Shown here: positions 1-8,949 of the stretch, piece after piece
Numbering within the stretch: the first letter of the stretch is position 1
How the letters are laid out: each line of letters starts with the position of its first letter
From: a virus
Reading direction: 5' to 3' (one strand)
Virus record (IMG/VR): IMGVR_UViG_3300046804_002503
Location: 61,678-125,677 of that record
DNA: 64,000 bases
Made by a program: the position numbers and the translations under genes
The notes under the pieces: generated by a model
Database searches by the model: none
What the model saw: only the letters and a program-made list of their open reading frames with translations
Told to the model about the DNA's origin: nothing

Positions 1-37
1 TCCTAAATTAAAGTAATGTTCTGCTTTTTGTAAAGCC

Positions 38-328
38 TCAATTTGTTGAGGCCAGGGGTTGTTGCCCGGGAAGTTGCTTAGGAATGTGTTTGTCTTCAAT
101 TTCTTTGAGAAGTTCTAGGTTAAGTTCTTTTTGTACACAGGTACAGGTAAGGTAGAATAGAGTATTAGTATCTCTGCCTGTAAAGCCTCTTGCACTACAT
201 TTCTTGCAATTATTTTTGGGTTGTTTTTTAAGGGGTAATTGTCCAAGCCCCATTAATTTAACATCAGATTCTGGTAAATGGTAAAATATACCCGAAAACG
301 CACTAAAAAATAAAATAGTTTTACTCAT
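38..328 (-). CDS. Hypothetical protein with CxxC...CxC (possible Zn ribbon)
   Basis: ORF in an overlapping minus-strand run; CKKC...GF.G...CTC motif. Confidence 0.5.
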   Translation of the reverse strand: MSKTILFFSAFSGIFYHLPESDVKLMGLGQLPLKKQPKNNCKKCSARGFTGRDTNTLFYLTCTCVQKELNLELLKEIEDKHIPKQLPGQQPLASTN

Positions 329-677
329 GGCAATTAATAGTTAATATACTATCCCAAAATTTGTTATTAGCTACCTTGGTTGCGTAAACTTTTAAATAAT
401 GTTCTATTTCCGGTGCCAATTTTGCTAAGGTTTTAATCCTATAATCAAAATAAACTAATCCTTCATCTGGATAAAATTCAATATCATAAGGAATAGGTAT
501 TTCTATTTTATCTTTGTCTCTTTTAGATGAATTAATAATAAATGAAATATAAAAATTCTTTTGATAAAAAAGAATAAGTCTACCTTGTTTATAGGTTTTG
601 TTGTTAAATTCCAACGTTACATTTTTTTGAAGCAAAAATTTACATGCTTCTTCTAAGGTAGATCCATTAATATTCAT
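321..677 (-). CDS. Hypothetical protein
   Basis: 118-aa ORF overlapping both neighbours. Confidence 0.55.
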   Translation of the reverse strand: MNINGSTLEEACKFLLQKNVTLEFNNKTYKQGRLILFYQKNFYISFIINSSKRDKDKIEIPIPYDIEFYPDEGLVYFDYRIKTLAKLAPEIEHYLKVYATKVANNKFWDSILTINCHE

Positions 678-1054
678 TTATCCATAAATTGAGCTTTTTC
701 TTGTGCTGACATTTTAATTAAAATTTCAGAAAAATATTTCCAAAATTCTTCTGGTGTACTGGCTAAAACCTGAACCACACTAGCATTGCCCGCTGGTACG
801 GCCCTCCAGTCTTGCATGAAAATATCATACACAGCTAAAAGATTATAAGATTCAAAATTGTAAGCAGGTGAGTTAGTGGGTAATCTAAAATTTAAAAATT
901 TTAATCCCATTGGAGAATTTAAAATTTCTAAATTTAAAGAACACAGCATACGTCTAGTAGTAGGTCTGTTTGCTCGTTGCATACGTCGAGTAAATCTTAA
1001 CTCTACTACATTTTTAGACAATAGTTGTTTTAACCCATTAACTGATAAGCTCAC
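674..1054 (-). CDS. WYL_2/DUF2693-like SH3 beta-barrel protein
   Basis: LKQLLSKNVVELRFTR...RRMLCSLN...AVYDIFMQDWRAV pattern typical of this family in T4-like phages. Confidence 0.6.
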   Translation of the reverse strand: MSLSVNGLKQLLSKNVVELRFTRRMQRANRPTTRRMLCSLNLEILNSPMGLKFLNFRLPTNSPAYNFESYNLLAVYDIFMQDWRAVPAGNASVVQVLASTPEEFWKYFSEILIKMSAQEKAQFMDK

Positions 1055-1440
1055 TTGGTTGTTTTAGGAGAACAAACTCCAAAAATTCTATCTTCATTTA
1101 AGAAGACAATGTTTTTAAGACCATTTAAATTAGATACTTGTAATCCTCTATCATTGGGAAATACAATAAAATCTCCTTGTTTTACAGTCTTACAGTCAGG
1201 TCCACTTAAAACTACTCTACCAATTCTCCAAGTATGTTGTACAGCTCCCAATGGCACCCAAATACTACCTCTTTTTACTTCTGTACCTTCTTCGTTAATA
1301 TCTACGTACTGGACCATTAAGATATTGTCTAGGACTTTTTCTAATTGCCAATCTTCTAATTCAAAGGCATTTCCTTGATAATGTTCTACTTGGATTTTTC
1401 CACCAATTCTGTCTTCTAAATTTGTAGGCCTATCTATCAT
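1051..1440 (-). CDS. groES: GroES-like co-chaperonin (gp31 analogue)
   Basis: VLDNILMV...KRGSIWVP...GRVVLSGPDCKTVKQGDFIVF...FLNEDRIFGV. Confidence 0.75.
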   Translation of the reverse strand: MIDRPTNLEDRIGGKIQVEHYQGNAFELEDWQLEKVLDNILMVQYVDINEEGTEVKRGSIWVPLGAVQHTWRIGRVVLSGPDCKTVKQGDFIVFPNDRGLQVSNLNGLKNIVFLNEDRIFGVCSPKTTK

Positions 1441-1446
1441 ACTATG

Positions 1447-1836
1447 TTATTTAATTTTAATGTTGAAATCTTCAAGGAGTTGATTATAAACCAATAATTC
1501 TTTTTGTGAAATCTCCATACTAGATGCGTAATTTGTTAATTCTTCTTGTTCTAAATTTTCTTTGCTTTGTTTTTTGATGTAAGAAAATTTTTTATTTACT
1601 TTGGGCAATATTGTTCTGTAAAAATATCCAACACATTCTGGATATTTGTTTAAACAAGTGTGCTTGAGCCATCTGTTTACAGTGACATTAATAATTTGAG
1701 CATAACTATCATCTAACATAGAAAGCCACCTATTCACAATAAAGCTAGATGGCACATTAGATGATGGTTGAATATTATTTTTTTTAATTAACCAATTAAG
1801 GTATGGAAACAAATCGTCTTTAGGTTTTTTAGTCAT
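1447..1836 (-). CDS. Probable clamp loader small subunit (gp62-like)
   Basis: LFPYLNW...FIVNRWLSM...IIN...FY..ILPK.KKFSYIKK resembles the gp62 family; start placed at MTKK (1836), abutting the upstream stop. Confidence 0.55.
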   Translation of the reverse strand: MTKKPKDDLFPYLNWLIKKNNIQPSSNVPSSFIVNRWLSMLDDSYAQIINVTVNRWLKHTCLNKYPECVGYFYRTILPKVNKKFSYIKKQSKENLEQEELTNYASSMEISQKELLVYNQLLEDFNIKIK

Positions 1837-2408
1837 TAAATTACTTTTGTGGTAGCTATGAAACAATCTTTTAAAATGTTTTCAAAGATAGCTTTAACGT
1901 CTTCTGCGAATGATTTTGTATCTGCTTCTGATAAAAATAAAGAAAATGCAAAGGAAGGTGCTTTAGGACCTGCTGAAATATTAATTCCTAAATGACCCAA
2001 AGCTACATTTTCTGAGACTTTGGTAATACTAACACTAGCTTTACCAAAGGTTTCCATACCACTCTTTTTTAACATTAAATCATCACCTCTTACCTCTACA
2101 TCATAAAGGCCGTATGTCTTTTTTCGTAGCAAATTTGCTATTTCCTGAACAAAAAGTCTTTGAAAAAATACTGCTCCGATTGGGTTCATGTTAGGAATTT
2201 CCCAACAAAAATTTAATGCATCATCTGAATAGATAAAATCATTATTAATTTTATCTTCTAGATCTATCAGATTGTCTGTCACATTCATTACACCTCTAGT
2301 AATATATAAAAATCCTAAAGGAGAATTGCCTATATCTTTGTGTACTAATTTATAGGCAAATCTTTGATGTATTAAAGAACCGTCATAATCTTCTTTTACG
2401 TAACTCAT
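1836..2408 (-). CDS. DUF366 family protein (biotin/lipoate-protein ligase-like fold)
   Basis: YDGSLI...G.MNV...LIDLED...IYSDDALNFCWE...QRL...RGDDL...KASVSI...HLGINI. Confidence 0.75.
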   Translation of the reverse strand: MSYVKEDYDGSLIHQRFAYKLVHKDIGNSPLGFLYITRGVMNVTDNLIDLEDKINNDFIYSDDALNFCWEIPNMNPIGAVFFQRLFVQEIANLLRKKTYGLYDVEVRGDDLMLKKSGMETFGKASVSITKVSENVALGHLGINISAGPKAPSFAFSLFLSEADTKSFAEDVKAIFENILKDCFIATTKVI

Positions 2409-2422
2409 ATGTTTATAATAAA

Positions 2423-3103
2423 TTATTTGTTGAATTTTTCTCTAAATTTTATGGCACTAGAATGCCATTCTGGGGTATTCATGCTATCACCTAAACCATG
2501 ATGTGTTACTTTAATAGGTAATACTCCCACAGATGCTTTCTTTTCATTGCAGCGTAAACAAAAAGACAAATCATAATGATGAAAATCAAAGTCTTCGTCA
2601 AAATTTAAACCCTTCTCAAAAGCTTTGTCTACATCTACAGCTATAAAAAGACCATCTATTACCAAAGCTCTGCTTTTAGTAGGTCCAAAAACTGAAGTCC
2701 ATTCATTTCCATCAGCTATGTGAGATACTTCTCCTACCCAATCTTCTCTGTTACTCATTAAATGCCATGCTGTTGGTTTGTTGAGGTCTATTTTCTTAGC
2801 ACCGGCTAATCCAGTCACAACATAAGGAGATTCATTTAATTTTTCTACTAAATAAAAATCATTTATCTCTACATCATCATGAACAAATAAAAGAATTTTA
2901 TTTTTGTGTTCCAGATTATTTAAATAAGAATTATAAACTTTGGACAAACCAGTTTTATTGTCTTTAGTTATTTTAAAATCAAATAATTTTTGCCCATCAC
3001 TATACAATAAGTCTAATTTGTAAAGACTTTTATAAAGAGGACAATTATAAAATTCTTCTAAAGTTTTAGATTGAGTTGCTGATACTATTACTACTTGTTT
3101 CAT
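2423..3103 (-). CDS. GT-A fold glycosyltransferase (Glyco_tranf_2_5-like)
   Basis: GLSKVYN, LLFVHDDV, GLAG, IDGLFIAV, FDEDFDFHHYDLSFC, THHGLG. Confidence 0.8.
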   Translation of the reverse strand: MKQVVIVSATQSKTLEEFYNCPLYKSLYKLDLLYSDGQKLFDFKITKDNKTGLSKVYNSYLNNLEHKNKILLFVHDDVEINDFYLVEKLNESPYVVTGLAGAKKIDLNKPTAWHLMSNREDWVGEVSHIADGNEWTSVFGPTKSRALVIDGLFIAVDVDKAFEKGLNFDEDFDFHHYDLSFCLRCNEKKASVGVLPIKVTHHGLGDSMNTPEWHSSAIKFREKFNK

Positions 3104-4113
3104 ACAGAAGCTAATTGACTTTTAATCCATTGATAAGTGACTGCTAAACCTTCTACTAAAGGTTGTGTAGGTTTCCAATTTAATTTTTCAAAAATAAGCG
3201 TATTATCAGAATTTCTACCCCTTACACCGGTTGGTCCGGCTATATGTTTCTTGGTTAATTTTTTGCCTTCAAAATTACACGCCAGATCTACTAATTCATT
3301 AATTGAAACCATTTCATCTGAACCTATGTTAACTGGTTCAGAGAAATCCGATTCCATTAACCTTCTCACCCCTTCAATACATTCATCAATGTATAAAAAA
3401 GATCTAGTTTGTTTTCCATCACCCCAAATTTCAATTTCAGAAGAAGTAGGTGCACTTAATACTTTACGGCAAATAGCAGCCGGTGCTTTTTCTTTGCCGC
3501 CTTTCCAAGTGCCAAACGGTCCAAAGATGTTATGAAATCTTGCTATTCTAACATTTAATCCTTTATTACGTGCATAACTTAGATATAAACGTTCACTAAA
3601 TAATTTTTCCCAGCCATACTCACTGTCTGGTGCTGCAGGATATGCAGAAGATTCTTTGCAATTAGGATTAGATGGATCTTCTTGATTGTATGCTGGATAC
3701 ATGCAAGCACTGCTAGAATAAAATACCTTCTTAACATTGAATTTGACACTCAATTCTGCTACATTTAAATTAATAGTAGCAGAATTAGTCATTAAGTCTG
3801 CATCGTTTTCACCAGTAAAAATATATCCAGCTCCTCCCATATCTGCTGCTAACTGATATACTTCATCAAAAGCATTTTCTTTTTCTGATAAAGAATGTTG
3901 TTCTGGTGCTAAAAACAAAAGAGAAGTCTTTTCTCGATCACGTAAATCACAAATTACAAATTCATCTGCAGATGAATCACAAAATTCTGGATGTTTTAAA
4001 TCTGCTGCTCTAACCCAATAACCTTCTTGTTTTAAACGGTTAACTAAATGAGAACCGATAAAACCACCGGCTCCTAAAACTAAAGCTTTTTTTTGGTCTT
4101 TTTGATATTTCAT
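3100..4113 (-). CDS. NAD-dependent epimerase, GDP-mannose 3,5-epimerase-like
   Basis: GAGGFIG, QLAADMGGAGYI, SSACMYP, YGWEK, RFHNIFGP, GREK-like GKEKAPAA, GVRGRNSDN. Confidence 0.9.
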   Translation of the reverse strand: MKYQKDQKKALVLGAGGFIGSHLVNRLKQEGYWVRAADLKHPEFCDSSADEFVICDLRDREKTSLLFLAPEQHSLSEKENAFDEVYQLAADMGGAGYIFTGENDADLMTNSATINLNVAELSVKFNVKKVFYSSSACMYPAYNQEDPSNPNCKESSAYPAAPDSEYGWEKLFSERLYLSYARNKGLNVRIARFHNIFGPFGTWKGGKEKAPAAICRKVLSAPTSSEIEIWGDGKQTRSFLYIDECIEGVRRLMESDFSEPVNIGSDEMVSINELVDLACNFEGKKLTKKHIAGPTGVRGRNSDNTLIFEKLNWKPTQPLVEGLAVTYQWIKSQLASV

Positions 4114-4754
4114 ATAAAATAAGGATTTGTGTATTTAAAAGAGTCTTTGACTGTCAAGAAATTATCTTTTAATTCTAAAATTACTCCGTCTTCTTTTATT
4201 CTTTCTGCATTTTCAAATTCTGAAGAGCTAAAGCTGTCTTTTTCTACCCACAAAGAGCTTCCAGCTTTAACTACATAAAATTTCTTACCAGTAAAAACCC
4301 AACTAGTAAGCAATCCTTGCAGCTTGGAATATGTTTGAGATATATTATGGTTTTTTGTTAAAAGATAAGGAATAATAGATGAATCTACTTCAAATGAAGA
4401 GTGTTCTGGAAAAGATTTAAAGTTAGAAATAATACCATTATGAGCTACATAATACGAATCATTGTTAAATGGATGTGTGTGAGATTCTTTCCAGATAGTT
4501 TCTGTAGAATTGGTAGGTGCTCTTGAATGAAATGCAAAGTAAGAAAAATTACAAACATTATCTAAATCTTTAATTCTTTGTTTTAAAAGATTTAAATTAA
4601 AAATTCCTTTAGCTTTTTCTACTAAACTAATACATTCTTTATCTTCTTGAAAGGATAAAGCCATAAACCCAGATGAGTGAGACCCTCTTTTTAAATTTAA
4701 TTTGTAAAGAGTATATGCCTTCTCTAAATCTGAACTGCCTGCAATTCCACACAT
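4110..4754 (-). CDS. Stand-alone class II (Ntn) glutamine amidotransferase
   Basis: N-terminal MCGIAG, RG..SSG, HSRAPT, HPF, HNGII, DS motifs. Confidence 0.85.
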   Translation of the reverse strand: MCGIAGSSDLEKAYTLYKLNLKRGSHSSGFMALSFQEDKECISLVEKAKGIFNLNLLKQRIKDLDNVCNFSYFAFHSRAPTNSTETIWKESHTHPFNNDSYYVAHNGIISNFKSFPEHSSFEVDSSIIPYLLTKNHNISQTYSKLQGLLTSWVFTGKKFYVVKAGSSLWVEKDSFSSSEFENAERIKEDGVILELKDNFLTVKDSFKYTNPYFI

Positions 4755-4758
4755 ACAA

Positions 4759-5505
4759 TTATATTAATTCACAATTATATTTTTGCCAATCTATTTCTCT
4801 GGAGTATTTGATTGGATCTATTTTACCTGCTTGAATCCATCCAGCTATGCGGGCTGAACAAGAAGGGCATTCTCCACATGCTAAATCTGTACCATAACTA
4901 TTGTAACAAGTGTGTGTTTTTGAAAAATCTACACCTAATTCTAACCCATATTCTATGATTTGCTTTTTATCTAAGTCTATAAGAGGTGCTTCTATTTGAA
5001 TTAAATTTCTACGATTGAGGCTTAGGATTTGGTTTAATAAGCTTCTAAATTCTTGAGTACAATCCCAATAACCCGAAGTATCATCTGCTTTTGCTGCACC
5101 ATAAAAGATCGTATCTGCTTTTGCACTCTCTGCTAAAGATGCTGCTATTGATAAAAACATCATATTACGATTGGGTACATATGCTGATGTTTGAGGATCT
5201 CCTATAACATCTCTCATTTTTGGAACATCTAGGTCTAAATTGGTCAAAGAACTGTCTACTAGAGCTGCTCCGATTGACGTTAAATCTATAAATGTATGTT
5301 TAATTCTTTCTGAACCTGCTTGTTTGTTAAAATTCAAAGCATACTGCTGTGCTAATCTTAATTCTCTACCGTGTCTTTGGTTGTAATCAAAAGAAATTGC
5401 CTGAACTAACTCATATTTTTTCAAGGCATGATGTAAAACTACGGTACTATCCATACCTCCACTGTATAACACTAGACAAGACTTCGGAGAATTTTCCACA
5501 TTCAT
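4759..5505 (-). CDS. queC: 7-cyano-7-deazaguanine (preQ0) synthase
   Basis: SGGMDS PP-loop, FDYNQRH, YVPNRN, GYWDC, TCY...CGECPSC; start reassigned to MNVEN (5505) on promoter position and to avoid overlap with the divergent gene. Confidence 0.95.
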   Translation of the reverse strand: MNVENSPKSCLVLYSGGMDSTVVLHHALKKYELVQAISFDYNQRHGRELRLAQQYALNFNKQAGSERIKHTFIDLTSIGAALVDSSLTNLDLDVPKMRDVIGDPQTSAYVPNRNMMFLSIAASLAESAKADTIFYGAAKADDTSGYWDCTQEFRSLLNQILSLNRRNLIQIEAPLIDLDKKQIIEYGLELGVDFSKTHTCYNSYGTDLACGECPSCSARIAGWIQAGKIDPIKYSREIDWQKYNCELI

Positions 5506-5539
5506 ACGGTAAATATAGTATATTCTAATGAAAACTCTA
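5506..5539. promoter_or_regulatory. Back-to-back promoters for queC (-) and the 5528 ORF (+)
   Basis: Minus strand: TAGAGT-16-TATATT-6-ATG. Plus strand: TAGTAT-6-ATG, and TAAATA at 5510-5515. Confidence 0.5.
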
Positions 5540-6082
5540 GCTAAATCATCTAAAAAAAATATTGATTCATTAAATGAGGTGTCTCGTTTACTGAAAAACA
5601 TGCAAAGTAATGTTCAAGAAGAGGCTTCAACACCTTTTATTAAAAGTTTTCTTAAATGTTTGGTAAAAGAGGCAGATGAATTACCCCCTCAAGCACCGGA
5701 AGATTTTACACCAGAAAAAAATAAAGAGGATTTTGAAGGGGCTATGGAGCCGAGTACTCCAGAAGGTGAGTTTGATATTCAAGGTGTAGACCCACAAGCA
5801 CTGGCAGATGCTATTTCTTCTGTTCAAGAATGGTCAACTAAGCTAGATCAGTTTGTCCATTTCTTAAATGACCCTAAATCTCAATCTTTACATAAACTGT
5901 TAGCAGACTTTGACAGACCCGGTTCTTTAGTTAAAGGTATTACAAGAAAAACTTCTGATGGTATTACTCGTGTAGCTGGAGAAATTGCTAAATTGAAGCA
6001 AACTTTAGATGGATTTATTAATTTGGCTCCCAAGAAACAAAGAGATACAGAAGCTTTAGTGGCTACTGGTGCTGCTGGATAG
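5528..6082 (+). CDS. Hypothetical protein (possible virion/internal head protein)
   Basis: 184-aa ORF with acidic region and helical C-terminus; TAAATA upstream. Confidence 0.55.
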   Translation: MKTLAKSSKKNIDSLNEVSRLLKNMQSNVQEEASTPFIKSFLKCLVKEADELPPQAPEDFTPEKNKEDFEGAMEPSTPEGEFDIQGVDPQALADAISSVQEWSTKLDQFVHFLNDPKSQSLHKLLADFDRPGSLVKGITRKTSDGITRVAGEIAKLKQTLDGFINLAPKKQRDTEALVATGAAG

Positions 6083-6083
6083 T

Positions 6084-7049
6084 CTAAACATATAAAGATT
6101 TTAATATAAAATCATAAGGTATTTCGTTTGTTCCTTCTTTAACAGCCCATTCATTGAAATCTTTATATGGACTGTTAGTCGGCCAACGGAATACCTTTTG
6201 TTTTGCCTGTATTAACTCTAAAATTTTATCTTTAGAAGCTTGATCTTTCTGTGGATTGTCTAAAACCCATATCTTTTCATGAAAGGTGAACTCTGATAAT
6301 TGTTTTTTCTGAGTATCATTCATAGTTAGTCCAGCTAAGCATACACCGTTTTTTACAAACATCGCGTCTATCGGGCCTTCAAATATAAAAATATAATCTA
6401 AATTGGTATCTATTCTTTCTAAACCAAAACAAGTCTTGTCATATCCAATTTTATTAAGATAACGAGGTTCTGAACCATCTAATGCTCTGGTTTGATAGAA
6501 TAAAATTTTACGATCTCTGCTCAAATAAGGTATACATAAACGGTTTTTATGAAAGTGATCTGTTAAACTAATATAATAAGAAGAACTTCTATTAATTGCT
6601 GTGTCTAATTTTCTTTCTTTTAGATAATCTAAAGCTTGGATGTAATAAGGGTTATTCTTGTAATGCTGATATTGTTGATTATCTAGAAGATTTATTGAAT
6701 CGTAAGGAAGGAGCGGCTTCTCTTTTTTGTTATTCTTGCCAAAAGAATTCATTTGTCTAGACAGATCAAAACCACTCTCCTTGTTTTGAATCTCTAATTC
6801 TATTTCTTGTCTAGTTAAACCACTGGAAGCTTGAATCCAACTCAAAGCATTCCATGATTTAGAACAATTAAAACAATAAAAAGTATTAGTAGATGGATAA
6901 AAAAAGAGTCTTTTCTTTTTCAACCAACTTCTACCTTCTCTGCAAATGTTGCAAGAAGCATTATATGTACCGTCAAATTTACGAAAAACCGGTTCTCCGG
7001 CATATGTATAAAATTTGCTTAATACATACTGACCTGGTAACTGCCTCAT
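6084..7049 (-). CDS. gp61: DNA primase (T4 gp61-like)
   Basis: Zn finger CNIC...CFNC; RLCIPY...YQTRAL; TOPRIM FEGPIDAMF, LDN, KDFNEW. Confidence 0.9.
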   Translation of the reverse strand: MRQLPGQYVLSKFYTYAGEPVFRKFDGTYNASCNICREGRSWLKKKRLFFYPSTNTFYCFNCSKSWNALSWIQASSGLTRQEIELEIQNKESGFDLSRQMNSFGKNNKKEKPLLPYDSINLLDNQQYQHYKNNPYYIQALDYLKERKLDTAINRSSSYYISLTDHFHKNRLCIPYLSRDRKILFYQTRALDGSEPRYLNKIGYDKTCFGLERIDTNLDYIFIFEGPIDAMFVKNGVCLAGLTMNDTQKKQLSEFTFHEKIWVLDNPQKDQASKDKILELIQAKQKVFRWPTNSPYKDFNEWAVKEGTNEIPYDFILKSLYV

Positions 7050-7084
7050 AAAAGCAGTATATAGTAATTTTATTCTTGAATCAA
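7050..7084 (-). promoter_or_regulatory. Sigma70-type promoter, leaderless geometry (primase)
   Basis: TTGATT-17-TATACT-6 nt-ATG. Confidence 0.7.
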
Positions 7085-8017
7085 GCTCTTAGATTTAAAA
7101 ATATTTGAATAAATGTTTTTAAAATCTACACTATCTTCTAAAGGAGATCTAGCTGTCATACCACCCATAGACATTCTTTGTAACCTTGATAATTCAGCTT
7201 GTTGAGCACGGTCTAAATCTGCTGCTGCATCCTCTTCATCACCTAATTCATCTAAAGTAGAACCAGAGGCAGAACGTGGAACTGCTATCCACCCTTCATC
7301 TGTTCTCTTAACTAATCCTTTTCTGCCCAATTCTGCTGCGATACTTCTTAAATAAGATTTAATAGAAGCATCAGATTCAGAATGCTGAGAGGGGATTAAA
7401 GATCTATCTATTTTAGACACTAATTCATTGTTTTCTAATGGACCTTCTGCTTCAATAAGATCTAATAAAGTTTGCTGCAAATCAGTAAGGTCTAATTCGG
7501 CTCCTTCTGTATCAGAAAATTCTCCGGAAGCCTTTGGTTCTGGTTCTGATTCTTTTGATTCTGGCTCTTCGGAGGCTTCTGGAGCTTCTTCTGTACTAGA
7601 TTCTGGTGAATCTGTAATTTCTGGAACTTCTGAATCTTCAAATTCTTCTGGTTCACCTTGACCATCATTTACTTCTGAAGGTTTTTCTGGTTTAAATCCG
7701 AAATCAAAGATAGTCTGGCTAAGGGTTCTAGTCCAATATTCTGCTGCAGTACCTCCAAATCCTCTATTTCTAAGAAAAGTTCTAATAGAATCTTTTAATT
7801 CCTGATAATCTATTTCAGAATTGGCTCTGTCTTTTAAAAATTCTCCTAGATATTGAAGCATTTGTGCTCCTGTATATTTTCCAGCTTGTCCACCAAACTT
7901 TTCTTTACTAGCAAATGCTGGAGATTTTAAAACTTCACCGGGAATACCTACTCCACCTCGTTTAGGAGCAGCCATTTCTTCTAAAGTACTTTCGCAAATA
8001 TTGTCAAATAAACTCAT
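7070..8017 (-). CDS. Acidic hypothetical protein with possible winged-helix domain
   Basis: E/P/S-rich linker followed by LTDLQQTLLDLI...ELGRKGLVKR...W; TAAATA 6 nt upstream of ATG. Confidence 0.55.
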   Translation of the reverse strand: MSLFDNICESTLEEMAAPKRGGVGIPGEVLKSPAFASKEKFGGQAGKYTGAQMLQYLGEFLKDRANSEIDYQELKDSIRTFLRNRGFGGTAAEYWTRTLSQTIFDFGFKPEKPSEVNDGQGEPEEFEDSEVPEITDSPESSTEEAPEASEEPESKESEPEPKASGEFSDTEGAELDLTDLQQTLLDLIEAEGPLENNELVSKIDRSLIPSQHSESDASIKSYLRSIAAELGRKGLVKRTDEGWIAVPRSASGSTLDELGDEEDAAADLDRAQQAELSRLQRMSMGGMTARSPLEDSVDFKNIYSNIFKSKSLIQE

Positions 8018-8026
8018 ATATTTTAT

Positions 8027-8665
8027 TTATGGAGTCCATATGTCAGAAAGTAAACTTTCTTTCTCTCCATAAGCGTGTCCTAAATCTGTAATATATAAAT
8101 TTGTTAAAGCTATACGTTGTTCTGGTGTTCCAAAAATCTCTATAAAAGCAGGTGAATCTACTTTAGGAAAGATTCTACCATCTCCGTGAACATAAGATTG
8201 CATAAAGGCTTTAAAAATGTTGTCTATTTCTTCTCTGTAAATAGGATCCGTATCTCTTACACCATCTTCTACTAGATTAACCGGAGAGGCTTTAGTGATT
8301 GGTAAAAAGAAAATGATATCAAAAAGTTTTAAAGATTCTTTAACAATTAAACGACAGTTATCTAAAAATTTTTCAGACACTTTATCGTGAAGATGAAGCC
8401 AAGAAGAATACACTAAATTGTCTAATACACATCTATCAAAAATAATATTATCTGATTTTGAATATTGTGTGGCTTGATCTACTAAAAAGTCTAAAATAAT
8501 TTGTTGTGATTCTTCTGATCCTAATCGATTAATAGGAATATTTTTTTCTTTAATTAAGTCTCTATAAGTCTTTTCTGGAGTAGAATACATGCTCCATTTC
8601 TGGAGAAAGTCTTTTACATATGTGCTCTTACCAATACACTGTGTACCTACAACTGCTATTTTCAT
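8027..8665 (-). CDS. P-loop nucleoside/nucleotide kinase-like protein (AAA_28/NadR-type)
   Basis: GTQCIGKST Walker A, FDRCVLD, DGVRD. Confidence 0.75.
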   Translation of the reverse strand: MKIAVVGTQCIGKSTYVKDFLQKWSMYSTPEKTYRDLIKEKNIPINRLGSEESQQIILDFLVDQATQYSKSDNIIFDRCVLDNLVYSSWLHLHDKVSEKFLDNCRLIVKESLKLFDIIFFLPITKASPVNLVEDGVRDTDPIYREEIDNIFKAFMQSYVHGDGRIFPKVDSPAFIEIFGTPEQRIALTNLYITDLGHAYGEKESLLSDIWTP

Positions 8666-8669
8666 AATA

Positions 8670-8936
8670 TTAATTTAATAGCAATTCTGGAAAATACTCG
8701 GTATATTTTTTAGATAAATTACTTGTAGACCACAAATTGTCATTTGATATGGTATAGGCATTTGTAACTGGCACATTTTGAAATTGTTGTCTTAATTTTA
8801 TAGCCAAATTACTAATATAGTCTATATCTTCCTTGTAGGAGTGTAAACAAACATCTTCACTAGAAGAAAATAATAATCCTTCTAAAATAACTTGTATATC
8901 TTTTTTAGATAATTTAATCGTGTATTCTTTTTCCAT
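8670..8936 (-). CDS. Hypothetical protein
   Basis: 88-aa ORF in operon-like run. Confidence 0.5.
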   Translation of the reverse strand: MEKEYTIKLSKKDIQVILEGLLFSSSEDVCLHSYKEDIDYISNLAIKLRQQFQNVPVTNAYTISNDNLWSTSNLSKKYTEYFPELLLN

Positions 8937-8949
8937 TTAAGGATTTTAC

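Noticed and set aside
5506-5601. N-terminal extension of QueC in the ORF track
   Set aside because: It overlaps the divergent gene and promoter; ATG at 5505 fits QueC length and promoter geometry
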